Origin: Dicyema japonicum
Lineage: Eukaryota; Animalia; Dicyemida
Direction: 5' to 3'
Assembly: GCA_011109175.1 (NCBI GenBank)
Contig: RDEW01000007.1
Coordinates: forward strand, 1,316,295 to 1,380,294
Length of the DNA: 64,000 nucleotides
In this document: positions 52,860-64,000 of the stretch, one piece after another
How positions within the stretch are numbered: the first letter of the stretch is position 1
Layout: each line of letters opens with the position of its first letter
Notes under the pieces: model-generated
Databases searched by the model: none
The model's input: only the letters and a program-made list of their open reading frames with translations
What the model was told of the DNA's origin: nothing
Program-made: the position numbers and the translations under genes

Positions 52860-55420
52860 TTAATCACTATCCTTATTGTGCCGAGCAGATTACTGTCAAA
52901 ATCGAGTTATTCCCGTCCTTTTTGGATCTATTTGGCTAATATATATATTCTTCCACAAGGCTCGTGTCCGTCATCTTACATTCCTGATTTATCACGCGTT
53001 TCAACATTGAAAAATCTATTGTTATGTGGGGATCTTAATGCACAACATCCAGTATGGCTCGCTTCCCAATCCTCTGATTACCGAGGAGAACTCATTGCAA
53101 ACTTCCTGACTTGATTATACTGAACAACCCTAACTCACATACGAGGACCCCATTAAGGATGACTGATAGCTGCACATCCCCCGAGTTAACATTATGCTCA
53201 CTTTTTCTGGCTGGTCATATTTCATGGAACGTTTTTTACGGCTTCTCCAGTGACCAAATCCAATCCTTCTAAAATTGAGAGGTCTTCGACAATACAGGAG
53301 ACGGCCGGCGGAATCAAAAAGATTCAAGGATTATACGAAGGTTGACTGTTCTGGTTTCAGTAACCTTGTAAATAATTTCTTGACCTGGAGATTATCCTCC
53401 CAATACGCTCTATTGATGAGGCCGCAGAAATTATCAGCGCTGCCATTCAGAAAGCTGACCATATTTTTATTCCTTTATCGTCATACAAAAAATTTATTCC
53501 TACCCTCAGCTCATATACAATAAGTCTTATAAAACAAAGAGACCGGCTGAAGAGATGCCATCTGTTGGACGTGAAGTCTTTGACAGCCCTCAGTCAACTG
53601 AATAAAAGATCTGTCAGAGCATAAAAGAACACAAGGACAAGAGATGGCAGCATCTAGTTAACCACCTCGACAGGAAAAGTACATCCCGACACTTCTGGAA
53701 AACTCTTAAACAAGTCAAGTCGGAGCTGGATGATGCAGACGGAACCGGAAAGTCTTCTCCTGAACACTTATGCCACCTACATCCTAACATCCTTATGAAA
53801 CATTACGCTGGAATTAGCTTCAAACCATTCTCGAAACACCTGGACATTAAGGTGCGTGCCCATAAACCGAAGAAGGAACCTTATCACGAACTATTCACAG
53901 ATGACCAAGTCTTGGATGTGATCACCAGATTAAAGAGCTCACGGGCGTGCGGGCCTGACAAAGTATCTTCTATTCACCTAAAACACCTAAGCCACTACGC
54001 AATTGGCTACCTCACGCATATATACAATCTGTCCATTAACTATAATATTATTCCTAAGATTTGGAAGAATTCTATCATCAGACCGATATTGAAGGCTGGG
54101 AAACCAGAGACAGAACCTGCATCCTACAGGCCTATTTCCGTTACCAGCACACTGTCAAAAATTATGGAGAAACTTGTATTATCAGTCATTATTCCGTATC
54201 TTCCGCGTCCTATATTTCAACATGGTTTCCTCCGCGGTAGGTCCACCGCTACATACTTGGCAACTTTATCGCAGTTCATTGCCGACGGTTTTAACACCCA
54301 TCCTCCGCCTCACAAACGCACAATCTTGGTTTCTATTGACATCAACAAAGCCTTTGACACTGTTTCGAGGAAAATCTTGGTTGGAAAAATTTTTCTACTA
54401 ATATTCGTCCGAATGTGAAATTATGGCTGGCCAACTTTTTGTCTGGAAGACGTGGAAGAGTAGTCAGTGGTGATCTCAGATCTAGATCACGATTACTACC
54501 GAACGGGGTACCCCAGGGGTCTCCACTTTCACCAATTCTATTCAACCTTTTCCTACACGACCTACCTAATGATGGAGACGAAGATTCCCTGTTATTATCC
54601 TACGCAGACGACGTAGTCATTGCAATACGGAACCGCTCGACTCAAGTCGCATCCCTTAAAACTCAGACAAAATTGAACATTCTCCACGATTGGATTGCTG
54701 GCAATCGACTAACGATTTCTGCAACCAAGTCTATCTGTTCCACATTCACGTCGGACCGTCGTTCCAAGGATGAACCGAGTCTTTTCATTGGTCCCACTAG
54801 GATTCCAGTGACAAAGTCCCCCATTGTCCTTGGAGTCAAGTACGACAGCCTTCTCAAATTCAACTCCCACGCAACAGACATGATCACCAGGGGCCTCCAG
54901 AAAGTTAACGTTATACGCGCCCTTGTTCGGAGGACCACGAGGAACATGGACTTTTCCGTTTCTACACTCTACCAACAAACAATCGCGCCTGCCATTGAGT
55001 ATGCCTCCGTTGCATGGAGATTCGGGCTATCGGAGTCTTTGGTCCAAAGAATCAACTCGATATACCGGAAAACAATCAGTATGCTTTCCCCACGTAATGG
55101 ATCAACAGTCGACCCACTACTCATGGAAGCTAAGATCCGTAGTCGTGGCTCCGGATTTCTTCGCCTCTGTGAGGAAGATGGAAATCCGCTTCGCCTAATC
55201 CTTCCCATGGCAAGAGAAAACCGATTGGATAAGAAATTCCCCTCCCCGATCGGATTCCTCTGCAAGACCGAGAGAAGGCTCTTCCGGAAAGTAGTGGGGA
55301 CGATGGAGGATCACAGACGTCGAATGGCACAAGTGATTGCGAGGACTAGGATCACCTAACTGTCTGACTCTTTTGTCTTTCTTTCTCGGTGTTTCCGGGG
55401 TTATTAAATAAAAAAATAAA
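52860..55420 (+). mobile_element. Ingi/Vingi-like APE-RT retrotransposon, 5'-truncated and frameshifted; no RNase H seen
   Basis: APE part is nearly identical to 82-1077. RT motifs SYRPISVTS, QHGFLRGRST, PPPHKRTILVSIDINKAFDTV, GVPQGSPLSPILFNLF and LSYADDV. Family 3' end plus A-rich tail. Confidence 0.9.
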
Positions 55421-55509
55421 TTAAATTGTGCCGAAGTATAATATGCTTCTTGATTATGAAACAAAATTAAAAATTGCAAAATCGATTAAAAAAAGGAACG
55501 ACAGCTAAT

Positions 55510-55844
55510 AATAATAATAATAATAATAAAGCCTTTTCACGAGAGCCATAGTATTTTATAGCTCCGCATAGGCAGGACACACACTTTATTTAAGTAAAGA
55601 ACAGTTAATTTTAACTAATCGTAGAACCAAGGAATGATCTCACTTTTTTTTTCTTTTTCTTGTGTGAGTGTCCTTTCTAGACAAATCCAGTTTCCGCAGT
55701 GAGTATTCACTGATGACGGCGTCACTCGTCAAACCATTTTGCATCGTAGATGCGTGAACCTTCCACCAGGTGAACAGCAGCGAGATTCGAACCCGTAGCC
55801 TAAGCCACTTAAAGCCCGACACCTAACCACTAAGCCACCCGGCT
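55510..55844 (-). mobile_element. Full-length tRNA-derived SINE, copy 2 (335 bp) with (TTA)n tail and 13-bp TSD
   Basis: A-box TGGCTTAGTGG and B-box GGTTCGAATC on the minus strand. Direct repeat AACGACAGCTAAT at 55497-55509 and 55845-55857. (TAA)n tract at about 55506-55529. Confidence 0.85.
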
Positions 55845-55899
55845 AACGACAGCTAATTATTAAATATAAAACCAGTAAAGGAACCCAAGAAAGTCATTT

Positions 55900-56520
55900 G
55901 TTGAAAGTGATGATCAACCATCTGGATACAATCAACTAAAACGATGACGTGACAGAGAAACAAATTCTGGAAACTTTGAATACTCTGGAACAGATCATTT
56001 CCTGCATAACACCAAAGTCATTAAAAATTCTACGAATTCCGAATGGCAGTACTTCAAGAGCTTTTAGTTAGTAACATAGGTCTTCCGACTGAATGAGTTT
56101 TTCCTAACCCTCAATGCGGAAAGGCTGATTGATATCCAACGAGAAAATATGTATTCAACCACTGATAGGATGACTTGGTAGTACAACGTTTTGCGCGCAG
56201 GACATAGAAAAGAAATGACCCTTCTTTTTAATAACTCTCAAGATGTACCATTTTTCAAATCCCTCCGTTATAATTTCCTCTAAGATGTGATTGACCCTAT
56301 CTTCGCTGACAATGGTAAAGGAAAAGGTAATTCAGGTTGCTCCCAGTGTCCTGGTGGTCAATTCCAGTAAAGAGATCCTGAACTTCTCTTTCGCCCTTTT
56401 CCTCAGAATATTAGAAACTATTATTATTAAAATACTTTCACGAGATCCATAATAATTATTGCCCCACATTTGTAGCAAAAGAGACAATTTTGAATTTCAA
56501 CCTCTTCCATACACTAGAGC
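55900..56520 (-). mobile_element. Possible LTR-retrotransposon gag/protease remnant
   Basis: CYKCG knuckle-like piece and DTGSNLNY protease-like motif; heavily degraded. Confidence 0.3.
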
Positions 56521-56819
56521 CCTTAATGAGTCCAGATTTTTCCGCAGTTTTCAATTCTTTTTTTATGGTTTTCCAATTAATTTTGTAGGACAAAAGTTAT
56601 TCTTAATTCCACGAAAGCGCCTCTCTTTACAAGCATAGTAGCTTTCATATGTTTGCTTAGTAGGTATGCCCGATTAGTCCCCAACGAGATTCCATTATCT
56701 CCTGGCTTATTTGTTTACACACACATTTCTTGTAAAATGCTTTACTTTTTTTAAACAAAATAATTTTCCAGGTCGGCCAACGTGTTCACGTTATTTTTAT
56801 TTATTTATCAACCAAAGGT

Positions 56820-57150
56820 TTACAATCTTGGTAAGCCCAGCACAAAGTCATAACTAATTAATCTAAGGAAGGAACTTAAGGGAGAACGTCTGCTTGTGCC
56901 GACCAAATCCATCTTTCAATACTCCATTAAAAGGTTCCGCTTCAGTAGAGCAGGAGAAGTAGGTTCGCCTTCTTCCATTTTTGTCACACGTCGTACCGCC
57001 GCGGACATCACTTCATTCTTTGGTGGAAAAGGTTTCAAAATCACTAGAGGATCTGGTCAAGGAGAAAGTAGGAAGATCCCTTTCAACTACTGTGTCGTGG
57101 CAGAAGGACTCTTCCCCTGACGGTGTGATCTGTTTGACAAGAATTGATTT
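56820..57150 (-). mobile_element. Ingi/Vingi-like 3' fragment
   Basis: DPLVILKP...MEEGEP peptide is homologous to DPLLMEAK...EEDGNP of the 54415-55359 ORF; TAATTAGTT after the stop. Confidence 0.5.
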
Positions 57151-57433
57151 TCGCTGAAACTCCATCCTTCGGATTCGAACCCACGACAGTCAGATCCGAT
57201 GTCATCAGACGTTATGTTCAGCCAACATGCCCACGTTTTCACTCAAGTGACTTGTGGAAGTAATTAAAATTTAAATTCTTTTTTTAATTCCATGTATAAA
57301 TTTTTAATTAAAAATAAATTTTAAAATTAAAGAATATTTCAAATATAGCGGTTATGGAATTTGGAAAGGTGTGCTGAGTAATTAATATAAGGGATGCTAT
57401 TACTTTACCAAAAATTGCCGGGTCAAACCAAAA

Positions 57434-59440
57434 ATGGACTCATCACAATTCGCTAAGGACAAGGATTCTCTAAATGACCGCATTAAGTTTTGTCAGTCGC
57501 AGATTTCTTATTTCGAAAACAAAATGCAAGTATTACAGTTATTTCATCAAGTCTTTTCAAAATTATTTCGAAAACAATTTTAAATACAAATTTTCTGTTT
57601 ATTACAAGAACATACTTTTTCCCACAAATAAGTTGCACGTGGCCGTCGTTCATATTGGTATCTCTGAGTGATTTATTTATAGGATTGAATGACTCATCGT
57701 CTCTTGTCACGTGTGTGAAGTCTTTATTCTCAGATCTTCACGTTGAACTATCCCCCACAGATTTTTCTGGTATGAAGCAAGTTTTTGAGTCCATTTACAG
57801 TCAAATTGCCTCTAAAGTACGTGTCCGTCTATTATCCTTTATTTAAGGCCGGAGAAGATGGTCTGAGGAATCCATCCATCTTCGACATCCACAGACTCAA
57901 CGAAAGGACAAACGAGACTGAGCCTATAATAGTTCTTATTCCCGAGAGTGAAATGGTCCCCTCCTCACTTCTAGATGATTTTATAAATATTTGCAGGTCA
58001 CTGACTTTTTAATATCAGTCATAATTGTCAGCACGTGCCAATTCTTCTTATAGTGGGCGTTAGGACTTGTTCTGACTATCTCAATTTGAGTTTGTCCCAC
58101 AGAACTATTTCCAAGCTCATTATTGATGGTTTCTCTTTGGTTTTCAACATTTTGGAAGATTTCATACACAAAGTGGGAATTTGAGGTCACTTTAGGTGGT
58201 ACTTGATGTTAAAAATCCGCTTTGGATTGGACGGGAGTTACTACTTGAGATTATTACGCAATATGAGTGTCAGTCTGGGTCACTGGAACATCTAAAGCGA
58301 CTCTATAAGGTATGCGGGTTACATCAGTTTAGTACGCTATTTGTCGACACGTGGAATCGTTGGATGATGCATTATTGGGATTATCCGGTAGTTCGGCTTC
58401 CAAAGAACAGTTGGAAGCCCTTCGTCTTCTTCCTTCATTCCGTCCATTTGTGGAATCTCAGGTTCCTTCAGAGCGACGATTACTGCTTTTGACGACGAAC
58501 ATTTTAAGGTATCCATGCTTAGATATCCATAGAATGAGGTTGAGAAACAACTGGGTGTATTTGAGTCAGTCCACGTGGGTAATTCAGCATCTATTAAGGT
58601 CTTTCGAAGACTCGTCGACTTTCTCCCTTCTCCCTATAATGACCCTTCAGTATATAATGGTGTAACATCAAAGATGACTTCGTTTCTGTCTCTCTGTTAT
58701 TGCTGCGATATTTACAGGACAGAATCATACAGAACTATAATCAAACTAGCCAGGTTGGCCATATATTGTATTTAGGTGTATGTGTGTCGAGGATTTCAGA
58801 AGATGTCGATCTGAGATTGTTAATGTTATCAAAGGTCACGTTAAAAGGATACCAAAGTCTTCGATGAATCATAAATTTCTCAAATTGTGTGATAATCTGT
58901 TGGGAGTAAGTGAGGGTGATGAGGACGCACTCTCTAATATGGTTAACTACTTAGATGAGATGTTTTGGTAACTAATTGGGGTCATTGCAGTAACTTTATT
59001 GTCAACCCATCGTCTCTTGTCTTTAATGAGCTTTACTTTTTCAATGATCAGTCAAGTTGGGGTCACATTGTACCTCCGAGGATAGGCCATAAAATTGGGA
59101 ACTGCTTATCCCACCCTGAGAAGTACCTTACTGTATTTCCAAATTTGACGACATAGGACTCTTCTGATTCCCTTGATGTCTCAATTTTGTATCGACTTTA
59201 TTTGGAATGTGGGTCGTTGATTGGATTGGATGATTGGTTTGAGGTTGCTTTGTATTTAATGTAAGGCTTTCGTGGCAATTGTTGGAGAGGATTCGAATGA
59301 AGAGGGTACTGTGAGGTTGTGAGTGTTTTGACTGTAGAATGAGGTTTACTAGGGGAGTTGCTTGTTTGATGTACTTGGGGTTTATTAAATTTACTGGGAA
59401 GAAGGCTGATCACGTTCTTAAAATAAATAATTTTACTTGA
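57434..59440 (+). CDS. ORC3: Origin recognition complex subunit 3 (multi-exon)
   Basis: EPIIVLIPESEMVPSSLLDDFINIC, PILLIVGV, LRLLPSFRPFVESQ, DVSILYRLYLECGSLIGLDDWFEAF and RFTRGVACLMYLGFIKFTGKKADHV align with animal ORC3. Introns about 22-31 nt. Confidence 0.88.
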
Positions 59441-59499
59441 TTTCGCATTTTTTTAATAAAATTTACTATTTCGGTGACTTAGGAGGTTAAAAAGCAGGG

Positions 59500-60425
59500 A
59501 TCACTTATTGTAAATTCGGAAAATGTAAAGATTTGGTATTGCAAGGAGATCACTGCCGTTGAGTGCAATCGGGGATCTGAATGGGTTGAGGACAGGCTCT
59601 GACAGACTGCACTGAAGTCCAGCACTCTCAATGCTGTCCCTTGTATATTGATATGCCTCCAAACAGTACTCAGTGGCGTAAATTGGATAATCCTCAACAT
59701 TCAGTTTCTTAAGTGATGTGAGCCAACTCTGATAGGCGGGAAAACCGGCATTAAAGGCTGTAAAAATCATACAAAAAACAACCAACAAACAGATTAATAA
59801 AATTGTCGCAAACAAAGTCGTGAAAGTAGCACTTTCTGAAGTGAAGATTACAATTGCCCTTAGTAAGAGATCGTCCGTCCACTTCTTTAGCAATGTCAGG
59901 GCCTACAAAGAACATGTTGAATATCACAAGCGGGAAAAAACAACTCAATTCCTAAATAAACTCAAAATATAAAACAGTAAAAGAAAGTGCGTAATCTGCC
60001 TCTTTGTTGGGTCCGGCTATGCAAATGTTCAAACTGTGAGACTCCAGAGCTGGAAAACCCATAAATATTAAATATTATGTACATTTTGTGATTATATAAT
60101 AAAGTGTTAAAGGCCAGTGCAGAATTACAGCAGCGGGGGAACAAGAACTGAGACCTCTGCTCGAATAATACGACTTCCAATCAAAAGGAGGAGAAAGAAA
60201 AGATTGATTGCTTACTATATCATCTAAATGGAGTGAAGCAAAGTCATCAAATGGAAGGTACCCTAATTTGGTGGACACACTGACTTTACCGAAGCTTGCA
60301 TTTGATGAGTATAATTCATGTTTGTAGTAAATGTTTTTACCGCCATAAATTGATTCGAATGTGTCTTGAGTGATAAACTTATTGAGGCTATCGATTAACG
60401 GTAAGCAAACTTTCAGAAAAATCAA
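59500..60425 (-). CDS. Unidentified intron-containing protein with a hydrophobic segment
   Basis: Consecutive ORF pieces (60075-60425, 59962-60180, 59751-59948, 59501-59893) separated by candidate tiny introns, convergent with ORC3. Family not recognised. Confidence 0.45.
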
Positions 60426-60699
60426 AATAGCAGTCCATATAGTCGATTTAAATTTTTATTTTTTATTAAACTTATTTTAATTTTTTATTATTATCAACAT
60501 ACATAGAATCAAATCTTGTACGTTCCGCAAGTGGTCCACACCTCCTGCAAACTCTCTTGAAAGAACGAATTACCTGTCAATTGTGAGGACACTGGAGTGA
60601 CAAAAACCATCATCCTATAACGAGCTCCCTGAAATATCTCGGAACTGCTATCGAGAAATCTGCTTGTTTCTGTTTTTGGTTAGTTGGTCAATTTTATAA

Positions 60700-61210
60700 G
60701 ATTTTTAATGAGAAAAAATAACAACTTAAAATCGACCAGAGCTTCTGAAGTATATAATAATTTACTTAAATAGGTGTGTTATCTTGTAGCACGTTTGGAG
60801 AGGCACATGCAAGAAAATCTTATAAAACCATGTTCAAAAAATATCATCGAGTGCATTTACTGCGAACAAATGTCTAAGAAACTGAATCTTGTTTCTTTGT
60901 CAAATAATACTATTTCAAGGCGAATTCAGGAACTTTCGGAAATGTTGAAAAGCAGCTACTAATTCGTTTGAATTATTCTAATGGTTTTTTCATTCAAATT
61001 GATGAGTCTACCGATGTTGATGGATTGGCAGTTATATTGGTTTTTATTCGAAACCCATTTGACGATATTATTGAAGAAGACATGTTGGAGAGTAATTGTA
61101 AGGGGGAAAATATTTTCAACACTATTAAAAATTATTTTGTTGCAATAAACATAAATTGGAATAAATGCGTGTACATGCTTTGCCGTTTTGCAAGAGTATC
61201 CTATTATTAA
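60700..61210 (+). mobile_element. Buster-type hAT transposase remnant
   Basis: ENLIKPC...LSNNTISRRIQE...FFIQIDESTDV. Confidence 0.8.
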
Positions 61211-61289
61211 AAAGCACTTCCGAGAAAATATAAAATTAGTTAAGTTTTCCTTGTGCCGTATTCCGAACCATCCTCTCCGCCATCTTCGA

Positions 61290-61813
61290 CCATGATCTTC
61301 TGTTGCGCACTAGTTCTCTTAGGTAGTCCAAGTCGTCCGCCATTTCCATTATAATATCAGTTGCTGTACACACCCTTGTAACGTAGTGAATCAGGTACTA
61401 ATGGACTGCAAATCCGAAACCATAATGTCGGCAGGCCGACGGGAGGATAAAAAGGTGGAATTTTCCAAACAGTTCTGTACATTGTACGGTCGTTTTTTCT
61501 CTTGTAGACAGCAGACAGAGACTTTATATTATGTTAGATCGCATACCAGTTGTTGTCTCTTGTAAGGTTGATCAATTCCTCTGCAATTGAAAGATCCCAG
61601 AGTGAACTTACACTGCATACAAGGAGCGTTTTATCTTGCTTCTTGAAAATCGAGGAAAGCAGGATCAAGATTGCCCTGCGAAAAAGGTTTGAAGAGAAGT
61701 TAGATGAAGATTTGTTAGTAATTTCGATCAGAGATGCAGCAGAGAAAAGGATGAAAAATTTCCTAAAAAATGACATCATTGACTCTTATGCTGCGGCACA
61801 GAATAAACGATAA
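61290..61813 (+). CDS. Putative small gene, unidentified
   Basis: Open final exon 61550-61813 preceded by GT-AG segments of tiny-intron size; no family recognised. Confidence 0.3.
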
Positions 61814-61899
61814 AATGGGTCTGAGAGCGCAGAGGAGAGTCCAAGCTATTGCAGTACCCGTGGCGAGAAACCAATTAATACCCCTTACTTTCCTTTGTT

Positions 61900-63800
61900 A
61901 ATAAAAGTTGTTAAGGTTAAAGATAACAACTTCATTAATACAGATGGAATGTAAAGGGAGTACTTTGAAGGACTTTTGCTTATAAGTCCTGTCGTAGCTT
62001 GAACACTTTTTGTCTTGTCCTCCCCATCTGTAATACGTGGTATTTCCCAGTATATGAGTCAATGGCTTTGCTTCCCTTTAAGTTGCTCGACATCCTGTTC
62101 TAAACGACTTCTCCATTCTTAATCATTCTCAAGGATTTATCGATTCGTTGCAATTTTTATTGATGCTCTCTTCAACTTTTTTAACAGTGCGACAATCTGT
62201 TGCTTTGTTTTTTAAAGTAACATTCCCTAAGACCATAAATGAGGTAGAGAATCACTGTTTGTTACTTGATGAACAGAAATGTGTTCGTACCAAGCCTTAG
62301 TTTCCATATACAGAAGAGTACCTGATGTGTTTTCTTTTTATACTCGCTATGTCTCCGGTTAAGTTTCCTGTTTTCTTAAAAACAACATTCATGTATTTTA
62401 CGGAGTCAACATGATTGACTCCATCCAAAGTGCCTCCTTCACGTCCACATCTCCTCAGTCAAAATGGATGGCATTTGTATCGTAGTTTCAGCCCATGTAG
62501 GCTACACCAGTTCCTGATTTCTTCCATATATAGTCTTTGCATCCATTTGAGAGTGTACTCGATCTTAATGCGTCGGATGTGAGCACATTGTCGGCATATA
62601 ATAACTGTCTTTTACTTGGGCATTTAGGTAGAGGAAAGCTTGTCATGATAATGCCAAAGAGTAGAGGGCAGAGGATACATCCTTGAGGGACTTCTCTCTC
62701 CAGCTCTACTATATTAAACAGGTAACGTTCGTGTTTTATCTAAAAGTTTCTTTCGCGAAGTTTTACTGAAAACGATTAGTTCCATTATCTTCGAGCAAAT
62801 AAGATCGATAGATTTGCGGATCTTTCCTCGGTTTTCCTGGTTTTGCTATCATTAGAACATTTGTCGTTTTCCAGCTATCAGGAGAGTATGGCATATTTGA
62901 GACCTCCCATTAAACACATTCAAGAAAAATCCAAGTAAAACTTCAGGGCCTACTGTATAATCATCTTCACCTTCAGGAGTGAGATTTCCTCAGCAGTTTA
63001 GGGTAAGTTACCCTGAGGTACAGTATCAACCTCAAAAGAATCTCTCAACGTTCCAAAGTAGCAAAAAATAACGGGCATGTACAAATTCTTATTGAGTTGG
63101 GTCTCAAAGATAAAAAGCATCGCTTTATCCGTGGAGAAAGATCTGGTTTTCCAATTTTTATAGCACAATATTGTCGGGGTGATTCCTTACCATTCTGATA
63201 GACTTTCCAGAAGGAAGGATTGTATTTATTCAATTTACTCAATTCAGAATTCCATTTGTCCTCGGACTAAGATGGACCACCTATTTTTGTAGATTTTTAA
63301 TCATGCTGGTCCGAGCATAGTATTTTGCAGATTTACATTTTTCCAGTTGTTTCAACCTCATGTTGTTTCTCTTTACAATCGAAGATACGTCTGCCCGATA
63401 AGAAGAGGGAAATTAGGGAAACTCCTAGTTTGTTTCCCTTGTGGGCAAAAAATTGGTTGTTTTCTTTTGATGTAAAGATTTTCAAGATTTTCTGATTCCG
63501 GTGTCTATGGTTAGCTTCCTCTCTCATTTCCTTGAATACTACTAGAAAGATCTAGACCCTTTGCCATTGACTCTGATATTCTTCATAGATTTTAACGCTC
63601 ATAAGGAGTAGGGAAATATAATATTGCCTTCGCTCTATTCAATGACAGATACTACAACTGTCTGGGGGATGTTTGTTAACCTTAATGTCATCTTCCACGT
63701 TGTTTCCTTGTCGATGTGTACGTCATATTGCATTTTCATGTTGCTTCCATTTGCTTTCCTTGAGTATTCCTTTGATTTCTGAATTCTTTGAATTATCGGT
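61900..63800 (-). mobile_element. Degraded RTE-like non-LTR retrotransposon
   Basis: VPQGCILCPLLFGIIM (about 62650-62690) and LLYADNVL (about 62585-62605) RT motifs. Confidence 0.55.
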
Positions 63801-63896
63801 GCTAAGAGTTATACACATGACTTATTAAAATTGTCAGGTCTCATCTGGGTTATTATACTCAGATGGATACGATAAGAAACTTTTTCCTTTATAAAA

Positions 63897-63976
63897 ATTC
63901 AAATACAAACCGTAGGAGGAAGCTAGCCATGGAACCAAGATTCAAATACAAACCGTAGGAGGAAGCTAGCCATGGA
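63897..63976 (+). repeat. 43-bp-period tandem duplication inside a probable Ingi/Vingi-like 3' fragment
   Basis: ATTCAAATACAAACCGTAGGAGGAAGCTAGCCATGGA at 63897-63933 and 63940-63976, followed by ATCACTTAATTAG, the family stop motif. Confidence 0.85.
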
Positions 63977-64000
63977 CACCGAAATCACTTAATTAGACGA

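Noticed and set aside
55770-55844. Functional tRNA gene
   Set aside because: A and B boxes are present but the acceptor and anticodon stems do not close. It sits within a TSD-flanked SINE.
57165-57240. tRNA-like sequence on the minus strand (GGTTCGAATCC)
   Set aside because: Only the B-box is convincing. There is no cloverleaf and no SINE core downstream, so it is at most a decayed head.

Overview
AT-rich eukaryotic (animal) genomic window. Compact host genes are broken by very short GT-AG introns, mostly 21-26 nt. That size, with animal-type proteins, points to a dicyemid mesozoan; this is inferred, not proven. Host genes recognised by manual splicing and protein motifs: CYP51 (several 1-nt frameshifts and an altered I-helix), mitochondrial-type ArgRS (RARS2), nine-finger TFIIIA, TIM44, a FIT/FITM-like protein, an SLC6 transporter and ORC3. 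Between them lie many mostly decayed transposable elements: an abundant Ingi/Vingi-like APE-RT family (one copy has a 2A 'DVETNPGP' ribosome-skipping motif, and six copies share a covarying 3' stem), R4/Dong-like and CRE-like RLE elements, a Jockey/I-like ORF1-APE piece, an RTE remnant, nested Buster-type hAT elements with TIRs and near-perfect TSDs, a pogo remnant, and a ~330-bp tRNA-derived SINE family with conserved hairpins. A ~6.5-kb satellite array (about 28 copies of a ~231-bp unit) occupies 40.0-46.6 kb. There is no CRISPR array, rRNA or intact tRNA.
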